Translations under genes and position numbers: made by a program
Shown: positions 46,421 to 54,838 of the stretch, in pieces
How the letters are laid out: each line of letters opens with the position of its first letter
How positions within the stretch are numbered: position 1 is the stretch's first letter
Virus record (IMG/VR): IMGVR_UViG_3300044496_000045
From: a virus
Length of the DNA stretch: 64,000 bases
Strand: one strand, 5' to 3'
Notes under the pieces: model-generated
Databases searched by the model: none
Told to the model about the DNA's origin: nothing
Seen by the model: the letters and a program-made list of their open reading frames with translations, nothing else

Positions 46421-46864
46421 CTACTCTGTGCCGATCAATCGGCGCCACGTGCCCAGCGTACGCCCAGCCGCGCGCCAGTGTGCCCAGCCGCGATCGCGCT
46501 CGCGCGACGCACGGCTAATCGTTTCGCGTAAGGTGTCTTTAACTTCGGTGGGATAGTGATCCCGGACGATACCGGAGATCAACGGACCGTGAGAACCGTA
46601 CGCCTTTTCGGCGTCCTGTACCATGGCGTAGTACGCCTTGAGTACGTGATCAGCCGCGCGCGCGGCATGCGTCGCCTCGCGTACGTGATCCTCTTTCGTC
46701 CAGGTGGCAAACTGGGGGAACTGTCGAAATAGTCGCGGTTCGTCCAGGATCGTGATCTGCCGTGTCCACTTGTAGCACGGCTGAAACGTGATCCGGTACG
46801 GGTACCGGTACGCGCCGGACATATCCCGATCTTCCGTCCAAGTGCTATTTATCATCCGCGGCAT
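46421..46864 (-). CDS. Hypothetical protein (147 aa)
   Basis: GGAGGAGGAG RBS downstream of the promoter at 46922-46950. Confidence 0.7.
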   Translation of the reverse strand: MPRMINSTWTEDRDMSGAYRYPYRITFQPCYKWTRQITILDEPRLFRQFPQFATWTKEDHVREATHAARAADHVLKAYYAMVQDAEKAYGSHGPLISGIVRDHYPTEVKDTLRETISRASRERDRGWAHWRAAGRTLGTWRRLIGTE

Positions 46865-46921
46865 TGTGCTTAGCTCCTCCTCCTGATCCGCCTAAGCAAC
46901 GTATCGGCTGATCTCTGCATT

Positions 46922-46950
46922 ACCTTAACATGGCGTTATTACCGTGTCAA
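46922..46950 (-). promoter_or_regulatory. Leftward sigma70-like early promoter
   Basis: Minus strand TTGACA-17 nt (ending TGT)-TAAGGT. Confidence 0.7.
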
Positions 46951-47065
46951 CAGGTAATCCAGGATGTACACGTACACACCTACTGCGACACTCCAGCCGG
47001 CTAGCATGGCACTCGCTAGAACAATCCAGCCCGCTAGACGCATGGCCGGCCAGACACGGCCGCGT

Positions 47066-47440
47066 CTACTGTACGCCATGGCGATCGCCGTACGCCTCTA
47101 CCCAATCGCCCCACGAGGTAAGCAGGTACTTCCCCCGCGTGTAGTCGTAGAGGATCGTACTGTCGTACGTATCCCCTTGATTACAGTACTCCGCTACGGG
47201 CTGCGTACAGGATCGGCCCCATATCGCTTCAGTCCCGTGTGTACCGAGGATCCCGTCTATCGCGTGCATACGTGTTTCGGGCTTCGCCGGATCTGGCGCG
47301 TGATAGCACTGCGTACGCCATACCTCGGTACGTGGTACCTCGAAGGGTGAGATCTGGCCACGTATGATCCCGATAATCTGCTGTGCTTGATCCTCGGTTA
47401 TCTGTAGCCGTTCCACTAGCCGCGCGACTGTGAACGCCAT
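47066..47440 (-). CDS. Conserved phage early hypothetical protein
   Basis: GTHGTEAI...YCNQGDTYDSTILYD...TSWGDWVE pattern. Confidence 0.75.
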   Translation of the reverse strand: MAFTVARLVERLQITEDQAQQIIGIIRGQISPFEVPRTEVWRTQCYHAPDPAKPETRMHAIDGILGTHGTEAIWGRSCTQPVAEYCNQGDTYDSTILYDYTRGKYLLTSWGDWVEAYGDRHGVQ

Positions 47441-47444
47441 AGCC

Positions 47445-48038
47445 TTACGCCTCCCAATCCAGGGACAACGCCCAATCGCGCAAGGTATCCCCTGCAGAGC
47501 CGATCGTGTTATGGCCGTTGTCAGACCAATAGATCGCCGCGATGTGCTCAGGGACTTCGACCAATCGCGCGCGTTGCGCCAACGGTACGCACTGCAGATC
47601 TAGCGGTAGTCCGTCGTGCCCAATCGGCCCACTAACCGTGATTGACTTACCGCCGATCCGGATCTGGCCCATCATAAAATGGCCACACTGGCGCAGAGCG
47701 CACGATCGCACGGCCGCCCAGAGTTTCCCCTTGCCATTTGGGTACACGGGTACAGGCAAACCGGATCGGATCCCTGCATGCGCGTCGCACCTGGTACGGC
47801 CGATCGTGCATGCGCGTGTGTACGCCTCAATCGCGGCAGGTGTCGGATCGTCTATTCCCTGCACACCTGCGATCGCGGCTGCGTACTCTGCGGACAACGC
47901 GCGACACTCCAAACAATGCGCGCGTTGTTCGTCTAATGCCTTGTAATCGTTCCAGGAGAACAACGCGAGGTATTGACCACGGCCGGATCGTTGTTCTGTG
48001 CCACGGTAATAGCCGGAAGACGTTTTCCTGATAAACAT
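47445..48038 (-). CDS. Hypothetical protein (197 aa)
   Basis: GGAGG RBS; several Cys/His. Confidence 0.7.
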   Translation of the reverse strand: MFIRKTSSGYYRGTEQRSGRGQYLALFSWNDYKALDEQRAHCLECRALSAEYAAAIAGVQGIDDPTPAAIEAYTRACTIGRTRCDAHAGIRSGLPVPVYPNGKGKLWAAVRSCALRQCGHFMMGQIRIGGKSITVSGPIGHDGLPLDLQCVPLAQRARLVEVPEHIAAIYWSDNGHNTIGSAGDTLRDWALSLDWEA

Positions 48039-48042
48039 GGAT

Positions 48043-48618
48043 CTATGCCTCCCGTCCGTACATGCCCGGTTTGGCCGGTTTGCAATCCGTCCAGGTGTAA
48101 TACGCGAAGTGGCGCGTACCGCCGATCCGCGCGAATGTCTCCGCAGGAGTCTCCTCGGTCACATCAAACGCGGCAAACGTGGTACCCGTGTACGGATGTG
48201 TACGATCGACCTTACGGAGCTTGTTATCTGGGCACAAGTACCAGTCCGTCCCGTCTATCTCAGCTCGACTGTACCAGGCGTCGCCTCCGTGGATCGGCTG
48301 TCGCCATAGATCCATCTGGAAGACGGCATCAAACGCCTGATGTGCGGTACCATCGCGATCGTTGATCAGGCGCAAGTACTCGCCTATGACAACGGCCGGA
48401 TTCTCATGTAGATCGAATGTGGAGGGATAGCACGGGTACACGGCCGTAACGGGATCAGGTGTACCGTACTCGTCTGGATTGCTGTACTGTACATGTACAC
48501 GCGATCGGGATACCTTGATTACCTCGTATCTGTGACAGACTCCACTAGCCCGCGCGCACATCGCGCGAAGATTCTCCAGGGATACCGTACGGACCTTGTG
48601 ATCGAATTGCGTTTTCAT
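48043..48618 (-). CDS. Hypothetical protein (191 aa)
   Basis: AGAGGAG RBS before MKTQFDHK. Confidence 0.65.
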   Translation of the reverse strand: MKTQFDHKVRTVSLENLRAMCARASGVCHRYEVIKVSRSRVHVQYSNPDEYGTPDPVTAVYPCYPSTFDLHENPAVVIGEYLRLINDRDGTAHQAFDAVFQMDLWRQPIHGGDAWYSRAEIDGTDWYLCPDNKLRKVDRTHPYTGTTFAAFDVTEETPAETFARIGGTRHFAYYTWTDCKPAKPGMYGREA

Positions 48619-48640
48619 GGCGCAAGACTCCTCTTGTGTG

Positions 48641-48772
48641 TTAGCGGCCGGCCGGCCGGGTAATCGGCCAATTCCGCCCAGTGTGTACAGACTCCTGCAG
48701 TGCTTCAAACATGGCGCCTAGTGCAAGGATCCCGATCGCGATCGCAAAGAGAATCCCCAGTAGTACACGCAT
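48641..48772 (-). CDS. Small membrane protein (43 aa)
   Basis: MRVLLGILFAIAIGILALGAMFEAL...; AAAGGGG RBS; not in the ORF track. Confidence 0.55.
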   Translation of the reverse strand: MRVLLGILFAIAIGILALGAMFEALQESVHTGRNWPITRPAGR

Positions 48773-48775
48773 GAT

Positions 48776-48973
48776 CTATCCCCTTTCCTTGAAGTCCGAT
48801 CGGCCCATGGTAATCGGCCGGTACCCGTACGATCGGAACTGTGTCGCGCCTGTCTCGCTGTTGTGTGTCACGTACACTTGATCGACCTTGTACCTGTACC
48901 CGAATGCCTGTACTTCCAGGACTTGGTACCAATGGCCGATCGTGTCTTGTATGTACTCGCCAGTGTGAAACAT
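48776..48973 (-). CDS. Hypothetical protein (65 aa)
   Basis: GGAGGG RBS. Confidence 0.6.
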   Translation of the reverse strand: MFHTGEYIQDTIGHWYQVLEVQAFGYRYKVDQVYVTHNSETGATQFRSYGYRPITMGRSDFKERG

Positions 48974-48977
48974 GGCG

Positions 48978-49571
48978 TTAGATCCCTCCGTCGAGCTTAC
49001 CCGCGCATTCCGGCCCTAGCCCGGATTCTATGCTCGACGGGACTGTGAGCGCACGGCCGCAACGCGCACACCGGCCGATATGGTAGAAGGTCGCCGGATC
49101 GATCGGCAGCCCGCGCCAGATCCGGCCGATCGCCCAGTTGAACGCCTTGATCGGTGTGCTGTCGAGTGTGTACTTGCTGGCGCGCGTGATCCGTACCTGC
49201 CCGGTCTGGACGTTGAGCAAACCGCCGTACGTGTAATCGCTCAGGTTATCCGGACCAGTCAACAGCGATACGAAGTACGCCGGCTGTGTGTACTGGCTGC
49301 CGGGCTTCGGCTCTGCCTTGCTGACCTTGAACGTGTATCGGCTATCCTTCCCCTGCAAGGTAAAGATCGCCTTACCTGCCAGTACAAACCGTCTGCACGC
49401 GTCGCCAGCGATCGGGACTTCGGCCGGCTGTCCAGGTGTCGCGGGCTGCCGATCGTTGACTGGATCGGTGTAATCCTCTGTCCCGTCGTATTGACGCCGG
49501 CTATCGGTCATCTCGAAAGCTGGGCCGCCGACGATCGCGTGTTGAAGCTGGGCTAACACTCTGTGATCCAT
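48978..49571 (-). CDS. DUF6011 domain protein
   Basis: C-terminal GRCARCGRALTVPSSIESGLGPECA; AGAGGAG RBS before MDHRVL. Confidence 0.8.
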   Translation of the reverse strand: MDHRVLAQLQHAIVGGPAFEMTDSRRQYDGTEDYTDPVNDRQPATPGQPAEVPIAGDACRRFVLAGKAIFTLQGKDSRYTFKVSKAEPKPGSQYTQPAYFVSLLTGPDNLSDYTYGGLLNVQTGQVRITRASKYTLDSTPIKAFNWAIGRIWRGLPIDPATFYHIGRCARCGRALTVPSSIESGLGPECAGKLDGGI

Positions 49572-49640
49572 CGTCTGATCTCCTCTACGCCGGACCGTTG
49601 CAGCCGGCCTGTTGTGCGCTACTCTATCGCGCATAGCGCC

Positions 49641-49670
49641 ACGTTAATCCAGCTATCGGCCACGTGTCAA
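49641..49670 (-). promoter_or_regulatory. Leftward sigma70-like early promoter
   Basis: Minus strand TTGACA-18 nt-TAACGT upstream of the DUF6011 gene. Confidence 0.6.
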
Positions 49671-49718
49671 CGCCTCACTAGTGCCCGATCGCAGATCCCG
49701 TGCAAAAGCGTATAGACC

Positions 49719-49750
49719 GTCAAGCAATTGACAGGCGTCAAATCGTTGAC
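49719..49750. promoter_or_regulatory. Two perfect GTCAA-N4-TTGAC operators in tandem
   Basis: GTCAAGCAATTGAC 49719-49732; GTCAAATCGTTGAC 49737-49750. Confidence 0.7.
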
Positions 49751-49859
49751 ACCTGTGTGACAGGATTGTAAGTGGCAGGAATGCCGCACGATCGGGCAAG
49801 ATCGGGCGATCTATCCGGCCGGAGGCATGCGCGCGCCATACCTTCCCCCGTGAGTCTCG

Positions 49860-50065
49860 CTAGGCTGTCCAGGTGCCTGATCATAGTGCCAGCTTAACGC
49901 ATGGCGATCGCCAGTCTGCTAGTCTGTACGCACCTGCAGACTAGGCTAGGCTGTCCCGTCCAGGTGTACGCACGGGCTAGATCGCGCCAGTTACCAGTAC
50001 TGCACACCACACCACGGTACCGTCTAGTACTGCACGCGACTGCACATAGGTGCCTATAGATGTAC
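49860..50065. repeat. Patch of short imperfect repeats rich in CTAG/GTAC/TGCA
   Basis: CTAGGCTGTCC x2, AGTACTGCAC x2, ACATAGGTGC x2; six CTAG in 49860-50027. Confidence 0.55.
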
Positions 50066-50146
50066 ATAGGTGCATGTATTGTCCAAGGGTACCCCGGTCC
50101 GACCCCACGTGAGCCCGATCCAGCGAGAGGTAGTATTTTTTCACCC

Positions 50147-50230
50147 GTCAATTTTTTCACTGTCAATTTTTTGGCACCTGCCCAGGTTCTGCACGAGATC
50201 AGGGCACACACCCACCGTCAGCACATTGAC
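50147..50230. promoter_or_regulatory. Three one-mismatch GTCAA-N4-TTGAC operators upstream of the late operon
   Basis: GTCAATTTTTTCAC 50147-50160; GTCAATTTTTTGGC 50162-50175; GTCAGCACATTGAC 50217-50230, followed by TTGACATTGACA. Confidence 0.6.
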
Positions 50231-50269
50231 ATTGACAGAACGCACAAGATTGGCGAGACTCGCACCACG

Positions 50270-50434
50270 ATGGACGTGAATACCGCGATGTTGCTGTATC
50301 TGCGCGATCGCTATGCGTCGGTGGCCGGTGATCTCACGACCCTCCTGACGCGGTACCTGAACACCGAAGTGACCGCCGATTCGGCCACGGCCCGGTTTCA
50401 GTTCCTGATCCAGGAGGCGCTGGCGGCGGCGTAG
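50270..50434 (+). CDS. Small helical protein (54 aa), first rightward gene
   Basis: MDVNTAMLLYLRDRY...; directly after the operator cluster. Confidence 0.55.
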   Translation: MDVNTAMLLYLRDRYASVAGDLTTLLTRYLNTEVTADSATARFQFLIQEALAAA

Positions 50435-50498
50435 AAGACACTAGACTCGGCAGCCGCCTGGGTGCGACACTGCCGACGCAGGAGGAGGAACAGAACGC

Positions 50499-51386
50499 AT
50501 GGTTGCTAAAGCTGAAATTGCCGCGGCATCGACCGAATCGGCTGCAGGCGCGGTGCCGCCGCCCGGTGCGCCGCGGGAAGTGGCCCAACCGCTGGGAGAG
50601 GATCTAATCGCCGATCAGCTCGCACGGGCCTCGGCCAACGAACGCGAGCTGAAGCCGCTGGTGTTTGCGCAACAGCCGCAGCGCCCCTCGGTCGATGGGC
50701 CTGCCGCCAGCCACCCGGTGGTCAGCGCCATCGAAGCCGTATCGAGCCAACGCAGCATTCGGCGCGTCTCGCGCGCGCGGCCAGGGAGCAGCGTGCCGGC
50801 CGGCATCGTGCTGACCGATGCGGATCCGCCGCCGCCGGCCGCGCAGCCCGTGCCCGGTCCGATCGATCCGCCGCTGCCGCATCAGCGCGCGGCCAGCGAT
50901 ACGGATACCCCGAGCCGCGGCATCCCGAAGGCGATCGCCGACCCCGGCAAACAAGTGACCGGCGGCTTCGGCGATACCGGGCAGGCGCAGTACTACCCGC
51001 TCGACGGCATCGAACTGCGGGAGCTGGTGCGGTCGCTGCTCGACAAGGTCAACGCGCGGCTCGACGATGATCTCCGCTTCAGCATGGCCATCACCTACCC
51101 GCGCGTCTCCGCCCGCGTCGAAGTGATCATCGAGGGCTACCCGATCGATACCGGGTTCGTGATCCCGCAGGTGGCCCAGCCGCACGAGAAGACGCCGCTG
51201 GCGATCGCGCGGACGCTCGGCGACGAAGTCGTGTTCGTCGTGAGCGCCGCACGCGTCGAAATGACGGCCGAGGGCGAGTCGATCGCGCCGCCGAATCTGA
51301 TCCGCCAGGAGCTGGCGTTACCGATCCCGCGCAAGCAGGCGGTCGAGACGCCGACTGGTCGCGTGCTCGTGGACGTCACCGAGTGA
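50499..51386 (+). CDS. Hypothetical protein (295 aa)
   Basis: GGAGGAGG RBS; Pro/Ala-rich N-half, globular C-half. Confidence 0.8.
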   Translation: MVAKAEIAAASTESAAGAVPPPGAPREVAQPLGEDLIADQLARASANERELKPLVFAQQPQRPSVDGPAASHPVVSAIEAVSSQRSIRRVSRARPGSSVPAGIVLTDADPPPPAAQPVPGPIDPPLPHQRAASDTDTPSRGIPKAIADPGKQVTGGFGDTGQAQYYPLDGIELRELVRSLLDKVNARLDDDLRFSMAITYPRVSARVEVIIEGYPIDTGFVIPQVAQPHEKTPLAIARTLGDEVVFVVSAARVEMTAEGESIAPPNLIRQELALPIPRKQAVETPTGRVLVDVTE

Positions 51387-51631
51387 CGCCGAGCGTCGGG
51401 CGGAGCGTGCATGTCGTCGAGCGGGATTGGGGGAACCCGTCACTCGCTGCGGTGACGGTCTGCCGCGCGGCGACGATCACAGAAGTCCCGGTGCCGGGCG
51501 GTGTCGCCGATATGCTCGACGCAGTGCATGTGGTGATCTTCCGATCGGGGGAACTCGCCTTCAAGCAGTACGTGCCGTATGATGAACAGCACGCGCCAGG
51601 GACATGGCACTGGCCAGAGAGGGTCGAGTGA
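51383..51631 (+). CDS. Conserved phage hypothetical protein (82 aa)
   Basis: PSVGRSVHVV...PGTWHWPERV pattern; GTGA overlap. Confidence 0.75.
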   Translation: MTPSVGRSVHVVERDWGNPSLAAVTVCRAATITEVPVPGGVADMLDAVHVVIFRSGELAFKQYVPYDEQHAPGTWHWPERVE

Positions 51632-51813
51632 TGCACCGCCTCAAGCTCTATAAGGATCGACAGGGGTTCTGGCGCTGGCGGCTGCTGTCGCGGAACGGCC
51701 GTATCGTGGCTAATTGCGGTGAAGGCTATCGGCGGAAGATCGACTGTCTCCGCATCGCCGAGGCCATCCTGCAGGGCAACATTCCGTACACCCTCATTGA
51801 GGGCGAGGAGTAA
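51631..51813 (+). CDS. YegP/DUF1508 family protein
   Basis: LYKDRQGFWRWRLLSRNGRIVANCGEGYRRKIDC. Confidence 0.85.
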   Translation: MHRLKLYKDRQGFWRWRLLSRNGRIVANCGEGYRRKIDCLRIAEAILQGNIPYTLIEGEE

Positions 51814-51817
51814 CCGT

Positions 51818-52108
51818 ATGGCGTATCGCTATCGTCCCGGATCGCAGCCGACTGCCAGAAAGAAAAAGCGGCGCCCCGCCGCCGCACCGCCGGCCATGCC
51901 GCCTGCGCCCCCACCACCGGCCCTCCCAACCGACGACGAAGTGGCCACACAGCTCCACGCGACCGCTGCGGATCTGATCCAGGAGGCGAGCACGTTGTAC
52001 GACCCCGCGCTGCTGACGGCGCTGATCGCCGCCGAGCGCAAGGGCAAGCACCGCAAGACGGTGATCGACGCGTTCAAGGCCCGGCTCGCGCTGCTCACCC
52101 GAGACTAG
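51818..52108 (+). CDS. Hypothetical protein (96 aa)
   Basis: GAGGAG RBS; C-terminal AERKGKHRKTVIDAFKARL motif. Confidence 0.75.
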   Translation: MAYRYRPGSQPTARKKKRRPAAAPPAMPPAPPPPALPTDDEVATQLHATAADLIQEASTLYDPALLTALIAAERKGKHRKTVIDAFKARLALLTRD

Positions 52109-52109
52109 G

Positions 52110-52238
52110 GTGCTGGAGATCGCGCTGCTCGTCGCGGTCGTGCTGAGTATCGGCCTCAACCTGCTGCAGGTGATCGCGCTCTGGCTGATCGTGCGGCTGC
52201 TCAAGTCGCCGCCATCGCCGTACGGCCCGGTGGTCTAG
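52110..52238 (+). CDS. Small membrane peptide (42 aa)
   Basis: VLEIALLVAVVLSIGLNLLQVIALWLIVRLLK; fills the gap. Confidence 0.55.
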   Translation: MLEIALLVAVVLSIGLNLLQVIALWLIVRLLKSPPSPYGPVV

Positions 52239-52241
52239 TCG

Positions 52242-52535
52242 ATGCTGACCACGTCGATGGCGTTTCGGATCCAGCGGCTGACGCTGGATCCTGCCGTCTT
52301 CACCGAGATCATCCCGCCGATCGATGCGCGCGAAGTCAGCGTCGCCAACGGCACGGCGACGCTCCTACAAATTCACACCAACGTCGATCAGTCAGAATTT
52401 CGGACCTTGGCGGCGGGCGCCGAGCGGGTGTTCAACGCGGCGCCTGTGGCGCTGTTGCTCTATCGACGCGATCAGGCGGCGTTCTGGCTGCGATCGACGC
52501 CCGGTGGATTGGTGATTCTGGAATGGAGGCCGTGA
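52242..52535 (+). CDS. Hypothetical protein (97 aa)
   Basis: Beta-rich; TGATG overlap with the next gene. Confidence 0.7.
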   Translation: MLTTSMAFRIQRLTLDPAVFTEIIPPIDAREVSVANGTATLLQIHTNVDQSEFRTLAAGAERVFNAAPVALLLYRRDQAAFWLRSTPGGLVILEWRP

Positions 52536-54433
52536 TGCGACTAGTACGCAGGGTACGCATGGTCCGCATGGGGCTGCTCGCGCTGGTATGTGGACTGGTC
52601 CCGATCGCGGCGGCGGCGCAGGGCGCCCAGCCCGTCGTCATCGTCGATCCGGTGACGCAGGACGCGGCACGTGTGAGCGCGGCGGGCGTGCTCTCGACGA
52701 CGGCGGGCGGCGGCGGTGGCGGCACCGTCACGCAGGGGCCGAACAACGGCTCGGTGCTGACATCGGCGGCATGGTCGACGCGCGTGATCTTCGGCGATGC
52801 GGTGATCGATCCGCGGCTGGTCACAATCCAGAACGCGACGCTCGCGGCGACGCAAAGTGGGGTCTGGACGATCCGCGTCTTTGATCAGAACGGCGTCGGG
52901 ATCAACAGCACCGCCAATGCGCTGCATGTGAATCTGCAGAATGCTTCGATTGCCGTCACTGGCGGCTTTCTCACCGATGCGCAACTGCGGGCGACGCCGG
53001 TGCCGGTGAGTGGGACGTTTTTCCAAGCGACGCAGCCCGTGAGTGCGACGAATCTCGACATTCGCGATCTCACGTTCGCGGCGGACAAGGTCGATGTGTC
53101 GGGATCAGCCGTGACCGCGGTGGTCACTGCGACCAACTTGGACGTGCGTGATCTCACCTTCGCGCAAGACAAAGTGGACGTCTCCGGATCGGCGATCGCC
53201 ACGACGCCTCCGGCGGCAACCACCGCGTCTGGCACGCTCGACGCGCTCAACGAAACTCTCGCGATCGCCACGCCGAATGGTGGGGTCGTCGGCGTACAGA
53301 TCGTCGGCACCATCCCGGACGGCGACATGATCATCTTCGAGCGCACGGTGGAGAGCGTCGAGTGGTCGCCCATCATCGCGCGGCGGTGTTCACCGGGGGA
53401 GTGTGTCGGTGGTGATTCTGAAGTCGCGCAATCCGTCTGGACGTGGACGGATGGCATAGATGAATTTCCGCAGGCGTTCACGATCAACGCGGGAGGCTCT
53501 ACGTCCGTGCGGGTGCGGACGCTCTCAGCGACGGGATCGATCGATGTCGATCTGCTGCTGCAGCCGCTCGCGACCACCGACATGACGCATGTGCGCGGGC
53601 AGGTGGCCGTCTCGGGAGCTGTGTTCATCAACGGGACTGTCCCGATCTCCGCTACCGATCTCGACGTCCGCAATCTGGTGTTCGCCACTGACAAGGTGGA
53701 TGTGTCAGGGTCCAGCGTCACGGCGACGGTGACGAGTGGCAACATCACCGCGAACCCATCGATCTCCGGTGTGATCAACGTCTCCCTCGCCGAAAGTGTG
53801 GCCGCCCCGACCGCAGCTACGTGGTACCTCAAGCGGCGTTGGCAGCCAACGAACACGACGATTTTCCAACCGACGCGTGTCTGGTCTACCGTGACGACGG
53901 CTGGCTCGCGTACGGTGGTCAGCTTCGCGCAGTCGATGGGGACGTTCAACGTCTCGACGAACGTCTTTACCGATGGCAACAATGCGTTTGCGCCGATCCT
54001 GCATTACAGTCGCCTATTCGCCTGCGTCGATACGGTGCTCTCGGCAGCCGCCACAACGGTGACGGTGACGTACACCGACGAGAATGGCGTTGGTGGTAAT
54101 GCGACCGTGGGGCTCGTGATCCCCGCCTCGGCGCCGGTCGGGAACTGCTTCGAGTTCGTCTTGGCCGCCACAACGGGGCAAGAGCGTGACGCGGGGATCA
54201 AAGACATTACCGCCGTTGCCGACACGGCCGCGCCGACTGGCGTGATTCGTTTCTGGGCGATGAACGTGCTTCACGACGCACTCGGGGTCGCCAATGCCTA
54301 TGAACAGACGACCTATGACGCCGGCCAGCTTCTCCCGAACACCAACAATAACGAATCCGTCCTGATTCTGTTCCAGCAAGCCGCGACGACCGCGCAACAG
54401 CGTGGTGCAGGGATCACCGGCTCAGTCCGGTAG
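52535..54433 (+). CDS. Signal-peptide-bearing Thr/Val-rich beta protein with internal repeats (632 aa)
   Basis: MRLVRRVRMVRMGLLALVCGLVPIAAAAQ; three (A)T(N/D)LD(I/V)R(D/N)LxFAxDKVDVSGS repeats. Confidence 0.75.
   Translation: MRLVRRVRMVRMGLLALVCGLVPIAAAAQGAQPVVIVDPVTQDAARVSAAGVLSTTAGGGGGGTVTQGPNNGSVLTSAAWSTRVIFGDAVIDPRLVTIQNATLAATQSGVWTIRVFDQNGVGINSTANALHVNLQNASIAVTGGFLTDAQLRATPVPVSGTFFQATQPVSATNLDIRDLTFAADKVDVSGSAVTAVVTATNLDVRDLTFAQDKVDVSGSAIATTPPAATTASGTLDALNETLAIATPNGGVVGVQIVGTIPDGDMIIFERTVESVEWSPIIARRCSPGECVGGDSEVAQSVWTWTDGIDEFPQAFTINAGGSTSVRVRTLSATGSIDVDLLLQPLATTDMTHVRGQVAVSGAVFINGTVPISATDLDVRNLVFATDKVDVSGSSVTATVTSGNITANPSISGVINVSLAESVAAPTAATWYLKRRWQPTNTTIFQPTRVWSTVTTAGSRTVVSFAQSMGTFNVSTNVFTDGNNAFAPILHYSRLFACVDTVLSAAATTVTVTYTDENGVGGNATVGLVIPASAPVGNCFEFVLAATTGQERDAGIKDITAVADTAAPTGVIRFWAMNVLHDALGVANAYEQTTYDAGQLLPNTNNNESVLILFQQAATTAQQRGAGITGSVR
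53045..53719 (+). repeat. Three ~23-aa protein repeats ATxLDxRxLxFAxDKVDVSGS
   Basis: Copies near 53045-53110, 53129-53191, 53651-53715. Confidence 0.85.
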
Positions 54434-54450
54434 TCATAGGAGCGCCGCAC

Positions 54451-54792
54451 ATGGCCTATCGACATCGTCCAGGATCACCGCCGCCGCAGCCGCCCCAGCT
54501 CCGCCGCGGGCTCGACGGCGCCGGCACGACGCGGTTCAATCGGGTGGATCCCGTCTTTCCGCCTGATGGTGTGGTATCCTCGCCGGTCACGGAGGGTACA
54601 CACGATGTGCGGCCCCATGTCGACAGCGGAATCGAAGAAACGGGACGAGGAATACCGGGCGGAGGAGGATCTGCGGACGATCACCCGCGCGGAGGAAGTG
54701 CGGGCGGATCAGAAGCGGATGGCGGGGGTGTCGCGGATCCAGCGGAAGCAGCTCACGGCGCTGCAGCGGGTGGGGAAAGCGATCAACGGTAA
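54451..54792 (+). CDS. Possible protein MAYRHRPGS..., overlapping the next gene
   Basis: GGAG RBS; N-terminus matches the 51818 gene; 188-nt out-of-frame overlap with 54605-54838. Confidence 0.4.
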   Translation: MAYRHRPGSPPPQPPQLRRGLDGAGTTRFNRVDPVFPPDGVVSSPVTEGTHDVRPHVDSGIEETGRGIPGGGGSADDHPRGGSAGGSEADGGGVADPAEAAHGAAAGGESDQR

Positions 54793-54838
54793 TGGCGCCA
54801 AGCGGAAACCGCGGCGTGGAGCTGCGCAACGCGCGTAG
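54605..54838 (+). CDS. Small basic protein (77 aa)
   Basis: GGAGGG RBS; RAEEDLRTITRAEEVRADQKRM pattern. Confidence 0.75.
   Translation: MCGPMSTAESKKRDEEYRAEEDLRTITRAEEVRADQKRMAGVSRIQRKQLTALQRVGKAINGNGAKRKPRRGAAQRA

Noticed and set aside
49860-50065. Mini CRISPR array
   Set aside because: Repeats are only 10-13 bp, irregularly spaced and non-identical; no cas genes (the Cas4-like gene is a typical phage exonuclease)
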